From the NCBI GenBank assembly GCA_951406725.2, contig OX597818.1, positions 138,818,001 to 138,882,000 on the forward strand: a stretch of 64,000 nucleotides of DNA, read 5' to 3'. Origin of the DNA: Octopus vulgaris (Eukaryota). A model generated the notes under the pieces. It did not search any database. It worked only from the letters and a program-made list of their open reading frames with translations, and was not told the DNA's origin. Shown here piece by piece: positions 13,145-26,773 of this stretch (its first letter is position 1; each line of letters starts with the position of its first letter). Both the position numbers and the translations under genes were made by a program.

Positions 13145-13362
13145 ATTAGGCTGAAGGTTTTTACTGGAGATCTGACTGATGTTACACAAGCACATTAGGG
13201 GTCCTGTATGTGGTTGTTCAGCTTGTTAGAAACAGCAGACAAACCTCTCTTAAATTAGGCTGAAGGTTTTTACTGGAGATCTGACTGATGTTACACAAGC
13301 ACATTAGGGGTCTTGTATATGGTTGTTCAGCTTGTTAGAAACAGCAGCCAAACCTCTCTTAA
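13145..13362. repeat. Near-perfect 109-bp tandem duplication
   Basis: ATTAGGCTGAAGGTTTTTACTGG starts at both 13145 and 13254, with about three substitutions between copies. Confidence 0.95.
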
Positions 13363-14265
13363 ATTATCCCCTACTATGTTGAAAAAATAGAAAGGATACA
13401 TTTGATAGTGTGGTCTTGGGTTCCCTGCACATAAGGAAAAGATGAAAATAGTCATGTCTTGAATGCTTTTGATTGTAGGTATGCTTGATCACAGTTGGTC
13501 AAGGTTAAGCAACAACAAACAATATTAAGAAGCCGTAAAGTGATAAGAAATATATTTACTTCATAACTTTTGATGTTTAGAAAAAAAATAAAGGAAAAAA
13601 CTTCCAAAAGAATGCAGAATTCTTGATATCATTTTTTACTTGAAATACCACCTCATTTACAAAAGTGTAAACAGGTTTCAGAATTGGTCTGTATTGCTAT
13701 TCTTATAAAGGAAGCCCTCCCACTTCTTTCTCTGTTTCTTCTCATCTCCGCATAGAATACAGTTCAACATTTCCTTCAGTACACACATCATCGTTACTCT
13801 GATAAAATTCTCAAAACATATTTCATTTTTTTTTTCTCGTGTTTCATTTTTTTTTTTTACCTTCTTTTTTTTTCTTTCTTTTCTCTTCTCTCTCACTTCT
13901 TCTATCTCTAATTCTGTCTATACTTTCTTTTTTCTCTTTCTTCCACTTAGTACTTTTCCTCTTTCTCTTTTTCCTTATTTCGATTTTTTATTTTTTGTTT
14001 TTTTTTTACCATCATCTCAATTTGATTATTTGGTGACTGAAAAATACAGAAAAAAAAAAAAAAAGAATTCTAAAGAGAACACGTACAAATACAGATAGAA
14101 CAACAAGAAGCACAAGAATTATTTTTGTTTAAATAGTTACTCTTAATACTTTTGACATTGAGGTATATTTATTTCTGCCTTCATTTTATTAGCTTCTATT
14201 TTATCAAATTATAGCTTTATCTTACTACATTCCATTTATTGTGTACATATCTATTTGTCTGTCTG

Positions 14266-14308
<43 letters not shown>

Positions 14309-14349
14309 TGTATGTGTGTATGTGTGTGTATGTGTGTGTGTGTGTGTGT

Positions 14350-14418
<69 letters not shown>

Positions 14419-14425
14419 TGTATGT

Positions 14426-14464
<39 letters not shown>

Positions 14465-14609
14465 CATGTAGATGCACACACAGGTTTACATGCACATTAC
14501 GTTAACATGTTCTTAAAAGTGTACAAATACATTTACACTCACAATACACTAAAAGGCATGTATCTTATATATGTATGTGTGTGTGTATAATATATATACA
14601 TATGATGTA

Positions 14610-14671
<62 letters not shown>

Positions 14672-14698
14672 GTATGTATGTATGTATATGTATGTATG

Positions 14699-14729
<31 letters not shown>

Positions 14730-14730
14730 G

Positions 14731-14763
<33 letters not shown>

Positions 14764-14818
14764 GTATATATATATGTATATATATATATATGTATATATA
14801 TGTATATATATATGTGTA

Positions 14819-14863
<45 letters not shown>

Positions 14864-15011
14864 ATATATATATATATGTGTATATATATGTATGTATATA
14901 TATATATGTATGTATATATAAATATGTATGTATATATATGTATATATTTATATATATATATATGTTTATATATATGTATGTATGTATGTATATATATATA
15001 TATATATATAT
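14266..15011. repeat. Long (TG)n and (TA/TG)n microsatellite complex
   Basis: Direct inspection. Confidence 0.95.
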
Positions 15012-15454
15012 GTCTGCTTGCGTGCATTTCATTTTACCAATAATTTACGTATTGATTTAACATAGGCTCAAAGATTTTGTGTGTGTGTGTGTCAGTGTGT
15101 CTCAGTGTGCATGTATGCATGATTGTAAGGCATCAATCAGTGTGCTGTATCGTAAAACAAATATAAATACTAGTAATGTGGAAGAGTCTATGCACATGTG
15201 AGTATTGTATATGTAATAGGCTTGTTTGTGCATGGATGTTATGTAGATCTTTCCACACAAAATTACTTATACACTATAAGTAATTTATCCATGTCATTTT
15301 CTGGTTATAGGATTTAAGTAAGTATTTAAGCAAATAAATGTCCATATTTCATTTTATACATACATACATACATACATACATACATACATACATACATACA
15401 TACATACATCTTGATATATACATACATATAGATATATACATACATATATATATA

Positions 15455-15607
15455 TGTGCCGGTGGCACATAAAAAACACCCACTACACTCACTGAGTGGT
15501 TGGCATTAGGAAGGGCATCCAGCTGTAGAAACACTGCCAAATCAGACCCCGGTCGAACTGTCCAACCCATGCTAGCGTGGAAAATGGACTTTAAATGATG
15601 ATGATGA
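15455..15607 (+). mobile_element. Family C 3' fragment with internal deletion
   Basis: Conserved GGAAGGGCATCCAGCTGTAGAAAC block and (GAT)n tail. Confidence 0.85.
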
Positions 15608-15619
15608 TATACATACATA

Positions 15620-16029
15620 TGGAAGCACTCCGTCGGTTACGACGATGGAAGCACTCCGTCGGTTATGACGATGAGGGTTCCAGTTGATCCGATCAACGGA
15701 ACAGCCTGCTCGTGAAATTAACGTGTAAGTGGCTGAGCACTCCACAGACACGTGTACCCTTAACGTAGTTCTCGGGGATATTCAGCGTGACACAGAGAGT
15801 GACAAGGCTGGCCCTTTGAAATACAGGTACAACAGAAACAGGAAGAAAGAGTGAGAGAAAGTTGTGGTGAAAGAGTACAGCAGGGATCACCACCATGCCC
15901 TGCTGGAGCCTCGTGGAGCTTTTAGGTGTTTTCGCTCAATAAACACTCACAACGCCCGGTCTGAGAATCGAAACCACGATCCTAGACCGCAAGTCCGCTG
16001 CCCTAACCACTGGGCCATTGCACCTCCAC
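15620..16029 (-). mobile_element. Family B SINE with duplicated 26-bp 3' terminus
   Basis: Full-length match; TGGAAGCACTCCGTCGGTTAYGACGA occurs at 15620 and again at 15646. Confidence 0.92.
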
Positions 16030-16061
16030 TATATATATATATATATATATGTATGTAGATA

Positions 16062-16121
<60 letters not shown>

Positions 16122-16261
16122 TATACATGCCTACTTCCTATTTACTAATTTCACCTAGATATCTTCAAATTTATTTAATTGCTCTGTCTTTACTATTTTA
16201 CTTCCCTGTCTTGAAATATTCCTATATAAAAAAATCAAAAAATAAATTTTAAGAAAAATCT

Positions 16262-16454
16262 TTCCATATCCTACCTGTCTTATGCTTGAAACTGGCCAGA
16301 TTAGGCCTCATACCTACTCTACAATGCCATTCCAAAAGAATATACAATCACATCATCCAAATCTTAAAGCTACAAGATAATATACATGATCCATTCAAAA
16401 CAGTGTGAATCAATAAGTATTGAATTTGACATAGTTATCTGAGTGTCAAAAGGG
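16262..16454. mobile_element. piggyBac-like MITE family P2, partial
   Basis: Similar to the flanks of 32411-33023; ends AAAAGGG|TTAA. Confidence 0.75.
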
Positions 16455-17190
16455 TTAAAGCCACCTAAGAATACTTGCTGTTGTTGTGTAGCTTCAAGTT
16501 GGTCCTGATCGGGTAAATCTGTGGTGTATAAGTAGTTAGTTGACCAAATGACTAGCTGCCACTCACAGATCCCTGCTGTTAATTTCATGGAGATTTCTAC
16601 ATACAGTTGTTAATGGCTTGATGTGCAGTGTCACAATATTATAAGCAGTAGAATTGTAAAGCAGTGTGTGTGTGCATGCATGTATGTGTATGTATGCATA
16701 TATATATATGTTTGTTAAGTTAATTTTTTGGCTCAAAAAGCAAAAAGCAAGGCCATGTAGGGGGACATGGAGTTATGTACAGGGAGGGTGTTCATGCAAA
16801 AAGTTCAGGCCGTTTCTGGGCAAGAGAGACTTTGAACCGAGCGGTCGTCGGCATCTTCACTATCTCAATTTGTGTACCATTTCTCCGTATTTTTTCATCC
16901 TTGTTTTCGTATACATTCGCTTGCTTTCTTCCAAAGAATCTAGTGCCCTTAGCTTAGATTTTCTTGGGGCTGGCCAGATTGGAGCAGTCTTGGGTATAAC
17001 TGGCCGAAACTGCAGGGATGATCTAGAACTCGACTGACAATAGAAAGCTTCGAATAACCCGTCCTTATTTTTTTCCTGCCCTTCTTTGTATTATCTAACT
17101 GTTCGGATGTTTTGTTGTTGCCTGATACATTCATTTTCCTTTTTTTTTTGTACATATACATATAGTGGCTTATGTGCACTTTTGGTCTCT

Positions 17191-17228
<38 letters not shown>

Positions 17229-17400
17229 ATGTAGTATTCTATGCTGGTATGAGTTGGATGGATTTTGTGACATAGTTTCTTTTTTTTTTTACAGCTGGAC
17301 GTTCTTCTTGTTGCTAGTATTTTAGACTCGTCCAAAAACATACAGTAACATGGTGTACATATACAAAATTTGCAACGCACAGCATCTGTCTGTCTGTCTG

Positions 17401-17432
<32 letters not shown>

Positions 17433-17852
17433 AACATATCATTACATCTCTGTTTAATATGCATCAGTTCAGTTTAATTTATTTGATTAATTAGATTAAA
17501 GTATCTGGTTCAAATAGGATTTTAGGTCAAGGGTGCAACATACTGGACTTTGACACATGTGCATGTGGGTTTATTTGTGGCAGTAGGGTTAGCTGTAACA
17601 ATTACATTTAAACTGCTTGATGCAAGTGATTAAGAAGACTTTCAGTCGTTTAATATCTGTATATATATCTGTATAGTGTGTGGTATTTTCTGAAGTTTTG
17701 AATTGCAGTAATCCTTCAGCTTGAAGAAAATTTGTGCCATTTATTTGTATAGAGGTAGCAATTATAAGAAAGGTAGATTATGGAGTCATTGAAATTCAAG
17801 GTTTCCATTAAAAATAAAATTTACCAAGTTATTACGGCAAGTGTATTGTGTG

Positions 17853-17896
17853 TGTGTGTGTGTATCAATATATGTATATCACTGTGTCAATAGGAT

Positions 17897-17937
<41 letters not shown>

Positions 17938-17972
17938 CAATATATGCATATCAGTGTGTCAATAGGATTGTT

Positions 17973-18007
<35 letters not shown>

Positions 18008-18038
18008 CAATATATGTATATCAGTGTGTCAATAGGAT

Positions 18039-18072
<34 letters not shown>
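17853..18072. repeat. Compound minisatellite: 3 x ~40-bp constant unit plus (TG)n
   Basis: ATCAATATATGTATATCAGTGTGTCAATAGGATTGTTT repeated three times with minor variants. Confidence 0.92.
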
Positions 18073-18073
<1 letters not shown>

Positions 18074-18191
18074 ACTATAAAATGTATTGGCTATGAGAAT
18101 ATAATCTCAGTACTCAGAATACATGTTGCTAACGATGTATATAAAACCTATCTTTACAAATAAAAACTCAAGTACCCTTTATACACACACG

Positions 18192-18247
<56 letters not shown>

Positions 18248-18380
18248 TTATAGAGTGTTAGATAAAAAGATGCATCATACAATAACACCAGCTACAAACA
18301 AACCTGTTTCTCCTACCATCTGCCTCTCATATGAATCTGTACAATAGATGTTTAGCTGGACAATGTCAAGGAAGACAATG

Positions 18381-18422
<42 letters not shown>

Positions 18423-18505
18423 CATGCACACATACTTAACATACATGATGTTCTATATGTGTTAATTGTGACATACAAACTTGTATACGTTTGTGCTTTT
18501 GTATA

Positions 18506-18888
18506 TCTCTCTCTATATAAACGGCAGTTTGTCTGTGCGTGTTTCTGTGTGTCTGTTTGCTTGTACCCTCACCCTGACCACGGCTTTCAACCGATTCTGA
18601 TGAAACTTGACACACACATAGCCAAATGTCATAATTCAAAACTAACGCAGCGAAAATTTTGAAAAGTTCCCCCAGTTCTGAAAAAATCGATAAATTCGAC
18701 ATGGGGTCGAGAATCGGAAACACAAACCACAAACTGTCTAGGGGACGCAACTCCACCTTTTTTAACTCTCAAAAAAAAATTTACCATCATTTTTTTCCAT
18801 TTTTTTGCTATTTTTTGGCTATAACTCTCTAAAAATGCTTTATAGTTATTTCCCTTACAAACCTGAGCAACGCCGGGCGATACTGCTA

Positions 18889-18889
<1 letters not shown>
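18506..18889 (+). mobile_element. Non-autonomous Helitron
   Basis: A|TC 5' end (TCTCTCTCTATATAAA), subterminal hairpin CCTGAGCAACGCCGGG, 3' CTAG|T, no TSD. Confidence 0.85.
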
Positions 18890-18931
<42 letters not shown>

Positions 18932-19409
18932 GGTGGGTTGGTGTACAAGCCTGTTCTATAAAACATATATCACTTGTCAGCATTTATTTACAATAAACAA
19001 TTCTTCATCAAATCTAACAGTTATCAAAAAAATGTAATGGAAAATGTGTGTTGGTGTCAATGCACCAATGTATGCGTCCATGAGTGTCTGCCTGTGTATG
19101 TGTGCTTGTATGCGCTCCACTATATTTGTGCTAGTGTGTGTAGAAGAGCCATGCTAAGGATAAAAAAAAATAGGGGGCAAAAAATGAAGGGAATCAATAA
19201 TGAAAGGGATGTCAAAGTGAGATGGGATGTTGTTGTGGTGTGAGGAGGGAGAAATATATGGTGATGGGCAGAGAGAATATATATTTTTTTACACTCTTCA
19301 ACTACTGGTTGTCTTCTGTTCAATTGACTGCATCTTTCTACTCTCCAAAAACTTCCTACCAACATGAACACAATTTCCCTAACCAATATATATATATTCT
19401 TTTATTTTT

Positions 19410-19781
19410 TTTAATCATTTCAGTCATTTGAATGTGGCCATGCTGGAGCACTGCCTTATCCCTTTAGTGTTCGCATTATTCTGCCAAAATTAATGCTATT
19501 TAATCCACATTGTTTTGAACTAATCATGCCTTATCTTGAAGCTATGAGATTTTGATGAGGTAGCTGTTAATTTTTAAAACGATATTGTAGGGTTGGAGTG
19601 AGAGACCAGATCTGGCCAGTTTGAACATAAAACAAACAGAATACTTTTGGCCGGATATGGCCGGTTTAAATGCTAAAGGGTTAAAAGGTTTTAGTCATAG
19701 AAATGCACCCCAGGACTTAGTCTGTGTAAGCCTAGTACTTATTCGATTGGTCTCTTTTGCCGAATCACTAAGTTACAGGGA
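19410..19781 (-). mobile_element. Family A SINE 3' half interrupted by a P2 MITE
   Basis: TTTCAGTCATTTG...GCTGGAGCACTGCC, resuming after 19684 with CCCCAGGACTTA...CTCTTTTGCCGAA. Confidence 0.8.
19460..19680. mobile_element. piggyBac-like MITE family P2
   Basis: TTAT|CCCTTTAG ... CTAAAGGG|TTAA. Confidence 0.88.
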
Positions 19782-19810
19782 CATATATATATATATATAT
19801 ATATATACGT

Positions 19811-20027
19811 GGAGGCGCAATGGCCTAGTGGTTAGGGCAGCGGACTTGCGGTCGGAGGATCGCGGTTTCGATTCCCAGACCGGGCGTTGTGTGTGTTTAT
19901 TGAGCGAAAAAAACACCTAAAAGCTCCACGAGGCTCCGGCGGGATGTGGTGATCCCTGCTGTACTCTTTCACCACTCTAAAGGCGGTGCTCCAGCATGGC
20001 CGCAGTCAAATGACTGAAACAAGTACA
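19811..20027 (+). mobile_element. Chimera: family B head fused to family A tail
   Basis: Family B sequence runs to CTCTTTCACCAC (~19975), followed by CTAAAGGCGGTGCTCCAGCATGGCCGCAGTC and poly-A. Confidence 0.85.
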
Positions 20028-20053
20028 AAAAAAAAAAAAAAAAAAAAAAATTT

Positions 20054-20117
20054 ATATGACAGGCTTCTTTCAATTTCTGTCTACCAAATCGGTTGTCGAG
20101 TGATGGCAGAGGGACAA

Positions 20118-20148
<31 letters not shown>

Positions 20149-20323
20149 CACATATATACGATGGGCTTCTTTCAGTTTCCATCTATCAAATCCACTCACA
20201 AGGATTTGGTCAGCCTGAGGTTATAGTAGAAGACACTTGCCCAAGGTGCTATACAGTGGGACTGAACCTGGAACCATGTGGTTGGGAAGCAAGCATCTTA
20301 CCACTCAGCCATGCTTGCACCTA
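20054..20323 (-). mobile_element. Family A SINE 5' half, rearranged
   Basis: CTTCTTTCAGTTTCC..CAAATCCACTCACAAGG..GGAACCATGTGGTTGG. Confidence 0.8.
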
Positions 20324-20344
20324 TTGTTGCTCAATTAAAAATAA

Positions 20345-20550
20345 TGGTTTCAAATTTTGGCACTAAGTCAGCAATTTCAGGGTGGTGGTGGAAATAAGTT
20401 GATTACATTGACTCCCAGTGTTCAACTGGTACTTATTTTATCAGCTCTGAAAGGATGAAAGCTAAAGTGATCCTCAGCTGAATTTGAACTCAGATGGAGA
20501 AAATGCTGCTAAGCATTTTACCCAGCATGCTAATGATTCCGCCTTGCCCC
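20345..20550 (-). mobile_element. Family E SINE, diverged
   Basis: ACTGGTACTTATTTTATC...GAAAGGATGAAAG...AATTTGAACTCAGA. Confidence 0.75.
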
Positions 20551-20637
20551 TAGCAATTTCATCTTGCCTCCCCACTCTCTCTTATTCACTCCTTCCTCTT
20601 TATCATCCAGTGGTTTTCCTTCGTTTCTGGCATTACA

Positions 20638-21057
20638 TCGTGGCCGTTGCTGGCGCCGCCCCGTCTGGCCTCCGTGCTTGTGGCACGTAAAAGCACTATC
20701 CGTTCATGTCCGTTGCCAGCCTCGCCTGGCCCCCGTGCCGGTGGGACGTAAAAGCACCATCCGTTCGTGTCCGTTGCCAGCCTCACCTGGCCCCCGTGCC
20801 GGTGGCACGTAAAAGCACCATCCGTCCGTGGCCGTTTGCCAGCTCCATCTGGCACCTGTGCGGGTGGCACGTAAAAAGCACCCACTACACTCACGGAGTG
20901 GTTGGCATTAGGAAGGGCATCCAGCCGTAGAAACACTGCCAGATCAGACTGGGCCTGATGCTGCCTTCCAGCTTCACAGACCCCAGTTGAACCGTCCAAC
21001 CCATGCTAGCATGGAAAGCGGACGCTAAATGATGATGATGATGATGATGATGATGAT
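20638..21057 (+). mobile_element. Family C retroposon with ~4 internal tandem units
   Basis: GGTGGCACGTAAAAGCACCATCCG repeats, conserved 3' block, (GAT)n tail. Confidence 0.9.
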
Positions 21058-21224
21058 CACTGTTTCTACAGCAACAAGCTTTCCCAACATCTTTTGTCTT
21101 GCATCTGTCGCTTCCTCCTCTCTTGTCTTAACATCTTTTCCTTCTTATCTCTCCAGCTATTTTCCACTTATTACATATTTCACGCCCTTATCATAGCATA
21201 TTTCTACTGTTTTCTTATTTTATT

Positions 21225-21305
21225 TCACCACCACCACTACCACCACCACCACCACCACCACCACCACCACCACCACCACCACCACCACTACCACCACCGC
21301 CGCCG
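21225..21305. repeat. (CAC)n microsatellite
   Basis: Direct inspection. Confidence 0.95.
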
Positions 21306-21465
21306 CATGTTTGTTTTAAACTGTTCTTCCTTTTTCTCTTTTCATACTATTTTTGCTAATCTTTCTTGATCTTTATTTCCATTCTCTCTCTCGGCTGTCT
21401 CTCTGTTTTTCTTCCTGTCTCTTTAATGTGTGTGTGTATGTATATAGATGCATATGTGTGTGTCT

Positions 21466-21505
<40 letters not shown>

Positions 21506-21634
21506 TAGACAAACAGACAGAGCATGTGTGTATGTTTGTGTCTCCTGATCTTGACATTGAGTGGTTGTTGTAAATGAATGTCATTCATTTCCAATTTTCT
21601 ATGAAAACATGTCTGACCATGAGAAAATATTACC

Positions 21635-21785
21635 TATTTCTTTATTACCCACAAGGGGCTAAACATAGAGGGGACAAACAAGGACAGACATAGGTATTAA
21701 GTCGATTACATCGACCCCAGTGCATAACTGGTACTTAATTTATCGACCCCCGAAAGGATGAAAGGTAAAGTCGACCTCGGCGGAT
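21635..21785 (-). mobile_element. Family E SINE, 5'-truncated
   Basis: Reverse complement of about 12720-12870. Confidence 0.88.
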
Positions 21786-22795
21786 TGCTTGGAAACAGCA
21801 ACAAGAAGGCAGTTGGGCATCGAAAATCTGCTTCAATAAATTCCATTTCACCGTGAAATTATGGAAAAGTGGATGTAGACACACACACACACACATGCAC
21901 ATACATACAATGGGAGTACCCCATATAGTGGCATTACTCCAACATGGCCAAAGTTTTCGAAATGGGACTATATAAAGGAGTGTAGACAGAGTACCCTCAG
22001 GAAAGAGTTGGAGTGAGGAAGGGCATATAATTCTAGAAACCATGCCAAAACTGGTATGTACTGAAAGAGGCTAGGTCACTGATAACAGTCTAGGAGGGCA
22101 GTAACTAATTTGAGCTGTGACCTGTCCAACCCATGCCTCGATGGAAAGGAGATATAAAATGATATCCATCCATCTTATCCTATCCTATCCTATCCCATTT
22201 ATCTATTCTACTTACCTTTCTATCCAGCAGTTTATCTCCCTCTCTCTCTCTCTCTCTGTCCATCATTTTAAATTCATTATACATTTTTATGTCTATTTTA
22301 CCTTTTTTTTTCACTACCTATACCTGTCCTTTTCTATTTGTCCCTATCTCATCTGCTCATTTTCAACAACATTTCACCATGCTCTGATATCCTTGTCACA
22401 CCTTTTTGCACCTGTTTAAATCTGTTGCTTTTTTTTATTCCTTTCACAGTTCTCCTTCTTTCTCTTATGTCTCTCACCTTGATCTCTCTCTCTCTTTTAA
22501 TATCTTTCTCTCCCTCTCTCCCTCTCTCACTGATTCCTCTCCCTCAGGATGCCAGTCATTGAATTTGATTTTGATTTCACTTACCTCAACAGGTCTTCAC
22601 TAGCAGAGTTCAGTGACCGAGACTTTTGGAAATATGCTGTGCTTGAGAAGACCCGGCAAGCCAAATGAGACCATAACCTCATGGGCCTATGCCAGGGGCG
22701 TAACCAGTCCACTTATGCGTACCTTTCGTTCTTTGGACACTAAACTCTGCTTGTGAAGAGTATATATACATATATATATACATACATCCTAAAGA

Positions 22796-22839
22796 AAACT
22801 GTCCGACAAACCGGAATGTGAAACTCTGAGTAACAGTTT
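22796..22839 (+). ncRNA. Decayed type I hammerhead ribozyme fold
   Basis: Stem I AAACTGT/ACAGTTT, core CCGACAA (two changes from CUGANGA), weak stem II, then GAAA-CTCTGAG-TA. Confidence 0.5.
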
Positions 22840-22869
22840 CTGTGATATTTCTGCTGCTTTTTAATAAAG

Positions 22870-22983
22870 TATATATGTATATATATATGTATGTATATAT
22901 GTGTATATATATATGTATTTATGTATATATATGTATGTATATATATGTATATATGTGTATATATATATGTATGTATATATGTG

Positions 22984-23037
<54 letters not shown>

Positions 23038-23397
23038 ATATATATATATATATATATGTGTGTATATATATATATATGTATATATATATGTCTATATATA
23101 TATATGTATATATATGTGTCTATGTATATATGAGTATTTATGTATGTATATATGTATATGCAACCATACATATACAGAAATATGTATGTTTGCATTTATC
23201 TGCGTTTGTGTGTTTGTGCATATGTGTATATAAAGGTATGTATATTCATACAGACACCATATGTATACACAAGCTCACATTTTACAGTCAAATAGATGCA
23301 TAAAAAAACGGGATATTTTTATACTGCAGAGAAAAATTTTTAAACCCTTTATATATATATATATATATATATATATGGAATAAAAAATAAATAAATA

Positions 23398-23460
<63 letters not shown>
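22870..23460. repeat. (TA/TG)n and (AAT)n tracts
   Basis: Direct inspection. Confidence 0.95.
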
Positions 23461-23464
<4 letters not shown>

Positions 23465-25069
23465 CCTGAAGGGAACCAGATAGGTTGTTATATATTAGGA
23501 GTTTATAATAAATTACTTCAAAAGAAAACAAACTGAACTGAATGAAGAAGTGAGTAATTCCATGGTAGCGGTGGTGGTGATGATGATTGGTGGCGGTGGT
23601 GGTGCCGGTTATGACAGCGGTGGTACTAGGAGTGGTGGTGGTGGTGATGGTGGGTACTGCTGTTGTTGTTGTTGCTATAGTAGTTGTTGTTGTTGTTGTT
23701 GTTGTTGTTGTTGGTGGTGGTGATAGTAGTTACGTGGCAGTCATAGAGAAGGTCTGTGGAGGCATGAAGTTGGTTGTGTGAATGGGTTCTTCAGACATTT
23801 GGTGTTGGCTATTTTGGGGACTGATTTAATTTTTGTGTATTAAAAATAGGCAAGCATTCATATCTATCCCCTCTTTGTGTGTATATCTGCATGTGTATAT
23901 ACAATTGTGTGCCTGTGTATGTATGTACAATTGTGTGTGTGCGTACATACACACACAGACTAACACTTGTACATTTTTATTCACATGCATACTAATTCAT
24001 ACATACACCCATACAACACACAGTTTTTTTCACATATATATTTATTACACATACATATGCATGTACAGGTATGTATATATGTATACAGAAACAAAACATA
24101 TGATGATAAAATAAATAGTGTTGTTACCTAGGGAACTCATTCTACAGCAGTAACGCCACTACTGTTGTGTGTCAGTGTCTGAAGTTGGTGCTTTCATAGT
24201 ACTGCTGTTGATGATGATGGTGTTGCTGCTGCTGCTGCTGCTGAAAATCTGTTTATTTTAAGCTTCATGGCTCTCGACTGCAATATATCAGGAATCAACT
24301 ACAGCCCTTCATCCCACTGTGACAAACCAACCAATGGAAGAATATGGTTTATTGTGCAATAGGTGAAGATTTTTCCCTTTATTGGAAATTGGATTGCTTC
24401 TCGTAAACCATTCCTCCTGACTTTCTGGAACCACTTCTTCTCTTCCAACCCCGTCCATAACCTAAAACAAAACAAGAAACAAAAAACAAAGCAAAACAAA
24501 AAAAAAATGATCTTTCAGGCCCTTAAAATGAATAAACAAAAGAAAACTCTGCGCTTGTGTGTATGTGTGTATGTGTATGTGTGTGTGTGTGTGTGTGATA
24601 ATGATAGGATAGTAATGTAGTTAAGCCAAACAAATAAATAACACCTATGTTTTAAGTAAAACTGATGAAGAGACGGGTTTGTTTCATGAAACACAAGTGA
24701 ACTGAACTTGAAAGAGAGATGATAGGAACATTGTCTTTGTAGCATATGTTTACAGAGTTTCATTGCAGATGAGCTAATGAAAATGCATCTCTTTTGGGTG
24801 TACTGGTTACTTCATAGCAGAGATGAGAAAGCCAGGGGAGGAGGAGGAGAGTGAGTGATGGCTGGCTGGCCGCAATAATAACGAGAATAGATGTTGTAAG
24901 TTATATAATGGTTGCCGGGGTTGAAGGGAGGCCAAAGACATTTCAGATTATGAATGAAGCTGTTAGATTGAATCTGGGAGTAAGCAAGGCACCTATAAAA
25001 CAGCTTTCAAATGAAAAGTAAAAGTGGAGAAAGCTTGTTATGATCTTTCAACCAACCCTGATTAACATG

Positions 25070-25107
<38 letters not shown>

Positions 25108-26742
25108 TAGCAAATACCCTATGATGAAGGTGATAAATTAATTCATTTTGTGTTTTTGACTAATTTTTGTATATCGATTCCTCCTTGCAATAAGAGTGAT
25201 CATAAAAATCATCGCTACAGTTCACATGGTGTTACTGAACTTCTTTCTTACGTTTACTATGACAACAGGTTTAGCTAAACTAATCCTACTCACAGAATAA
25301 TGATATAAAATCACAGTATTGAATGAAGTGATAATAGGGAAATGGATTCAATGTTCAGATGAATTGATTTACTCAAAAAAAATCCATCAGCATCTTTACA
25401 AATGGTGATATCTGTTTGGCATATTCTTAAACTATAAACTATTGTAACTTTGGCTTATAGTTAAGAATTGGTTCATTATTTACAGGGTTCTCTATTGTTA
25501 TTTTATCTTATTTTTGTACAAACCATCCTTTGCTTCCCCGCCAGAAAACTCTCTATCACACATTATTCAACAGGAGGTTATCTTGTGACTAGGGAAACAC
25601 ATTCGGACTTGATATTAGGCTGGTAGGGTTTACAAAAAGGATTTTGGGAATGCATTTCAGCTGTTGTTGTTACTTTAATTAGAAGGAGACTGAAGATAGG
25701 GTGTGCAAAAAGATAACATTTTATTTGTACAGACAAAACGGAATGAATGGAGCCAATGGAGCTTGATGGGCAAGTGGATTGTAGAACAATGTCTGTTTGT
25801 ATTTATTACATACACACAAGTGTTAAAATCATCTATTATCTAAATTTAAGACTAACAGTGAAACATTAACCGCTAGAGTGTCTTTCTACTAAAGCTAGAA
25901 TCAAATTTATTGTGAAAAGGAAATTGATTAGGACATCAAACTATATACATGAGGTGAACATTTTTCTCCTCTTTGTCTCAGATGTTCTTTACCTATGGTA
26001 TATAAATATATCCAAGCTTAAAAATTTCACTATCTGTCTATCTGTCCATCTTTCTCTGTGTGTGTGTGTCTAGTGAATCAAATCCAATCTCCTGTTTTGC
26101 TGGTATTTGTGTTTCTTTTTTTTTTTTTTTTTCCACAAGGTGATGACTATGGCAAGAAAATTTGCTTGGTAATCATGTATAATTCTGGGTTTAAGTGAGT
26201 GTAATTGAATTGACAGAAAATGTGGAAGTCTGCTAGGTGAACAGAGCCTGTTCTTTGATAGTAATCTATTGTTCAGTTTTGCACTGCTACTTGGTACCTG
26301 GCTGCTTTTATTAGAGTGTACTCTTGTAAACATTCAGAGCAAGTCTCTGTTGAAAGATAACTTTCTGTCTTCTTTCTACAAATTTGGGTCCCTGAAAATA
26401 GTTGCAAGCACTATCCCTTCCACTTCTAACTAAGTCGTAAAAAAAAAAAATGAAATTAACTCCAAGTAAAATTTGGAATTAGATCAGTGATGTTCTAAAT
26501 TTGGGCTGCTCATACAATAAATACACTGATGTGCCAAACTTATTCTGTGCATTTCTTTAGGGCATTAATAATAACAACAGAGATGATTCTTGCTGGAAGT
26601 GAAACTGCTTTGTGGTCTTTGTTGTCTCAAAATCTTACTGATGTACCATGGATTAAAACCTGAAATAACCATTACCACTTGTGGAAATTTCATGGTTATT
26701 TTGAAACTATAAAACTGTTGGAAGCTTATTGAGAACTATAAA

Positions 26743-26773
<31 letters not shown>

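Noticed and set aside
13682-13802. Possible terminal exon (IGLYCYSYKGSPP...)
   Set aside because: Weak acceptor and a short frame, within chance expectation.
18597-18612. CTGATGAAAC
   Set aside because: No stem II; it is ordinary Helitron internal sequence.
24655-24705. CTGATGA...GAAAC hammerhead-like motif
   Set aside because: The cleavage position would be G (GUG) and no stem I forms, so it is probably chance.
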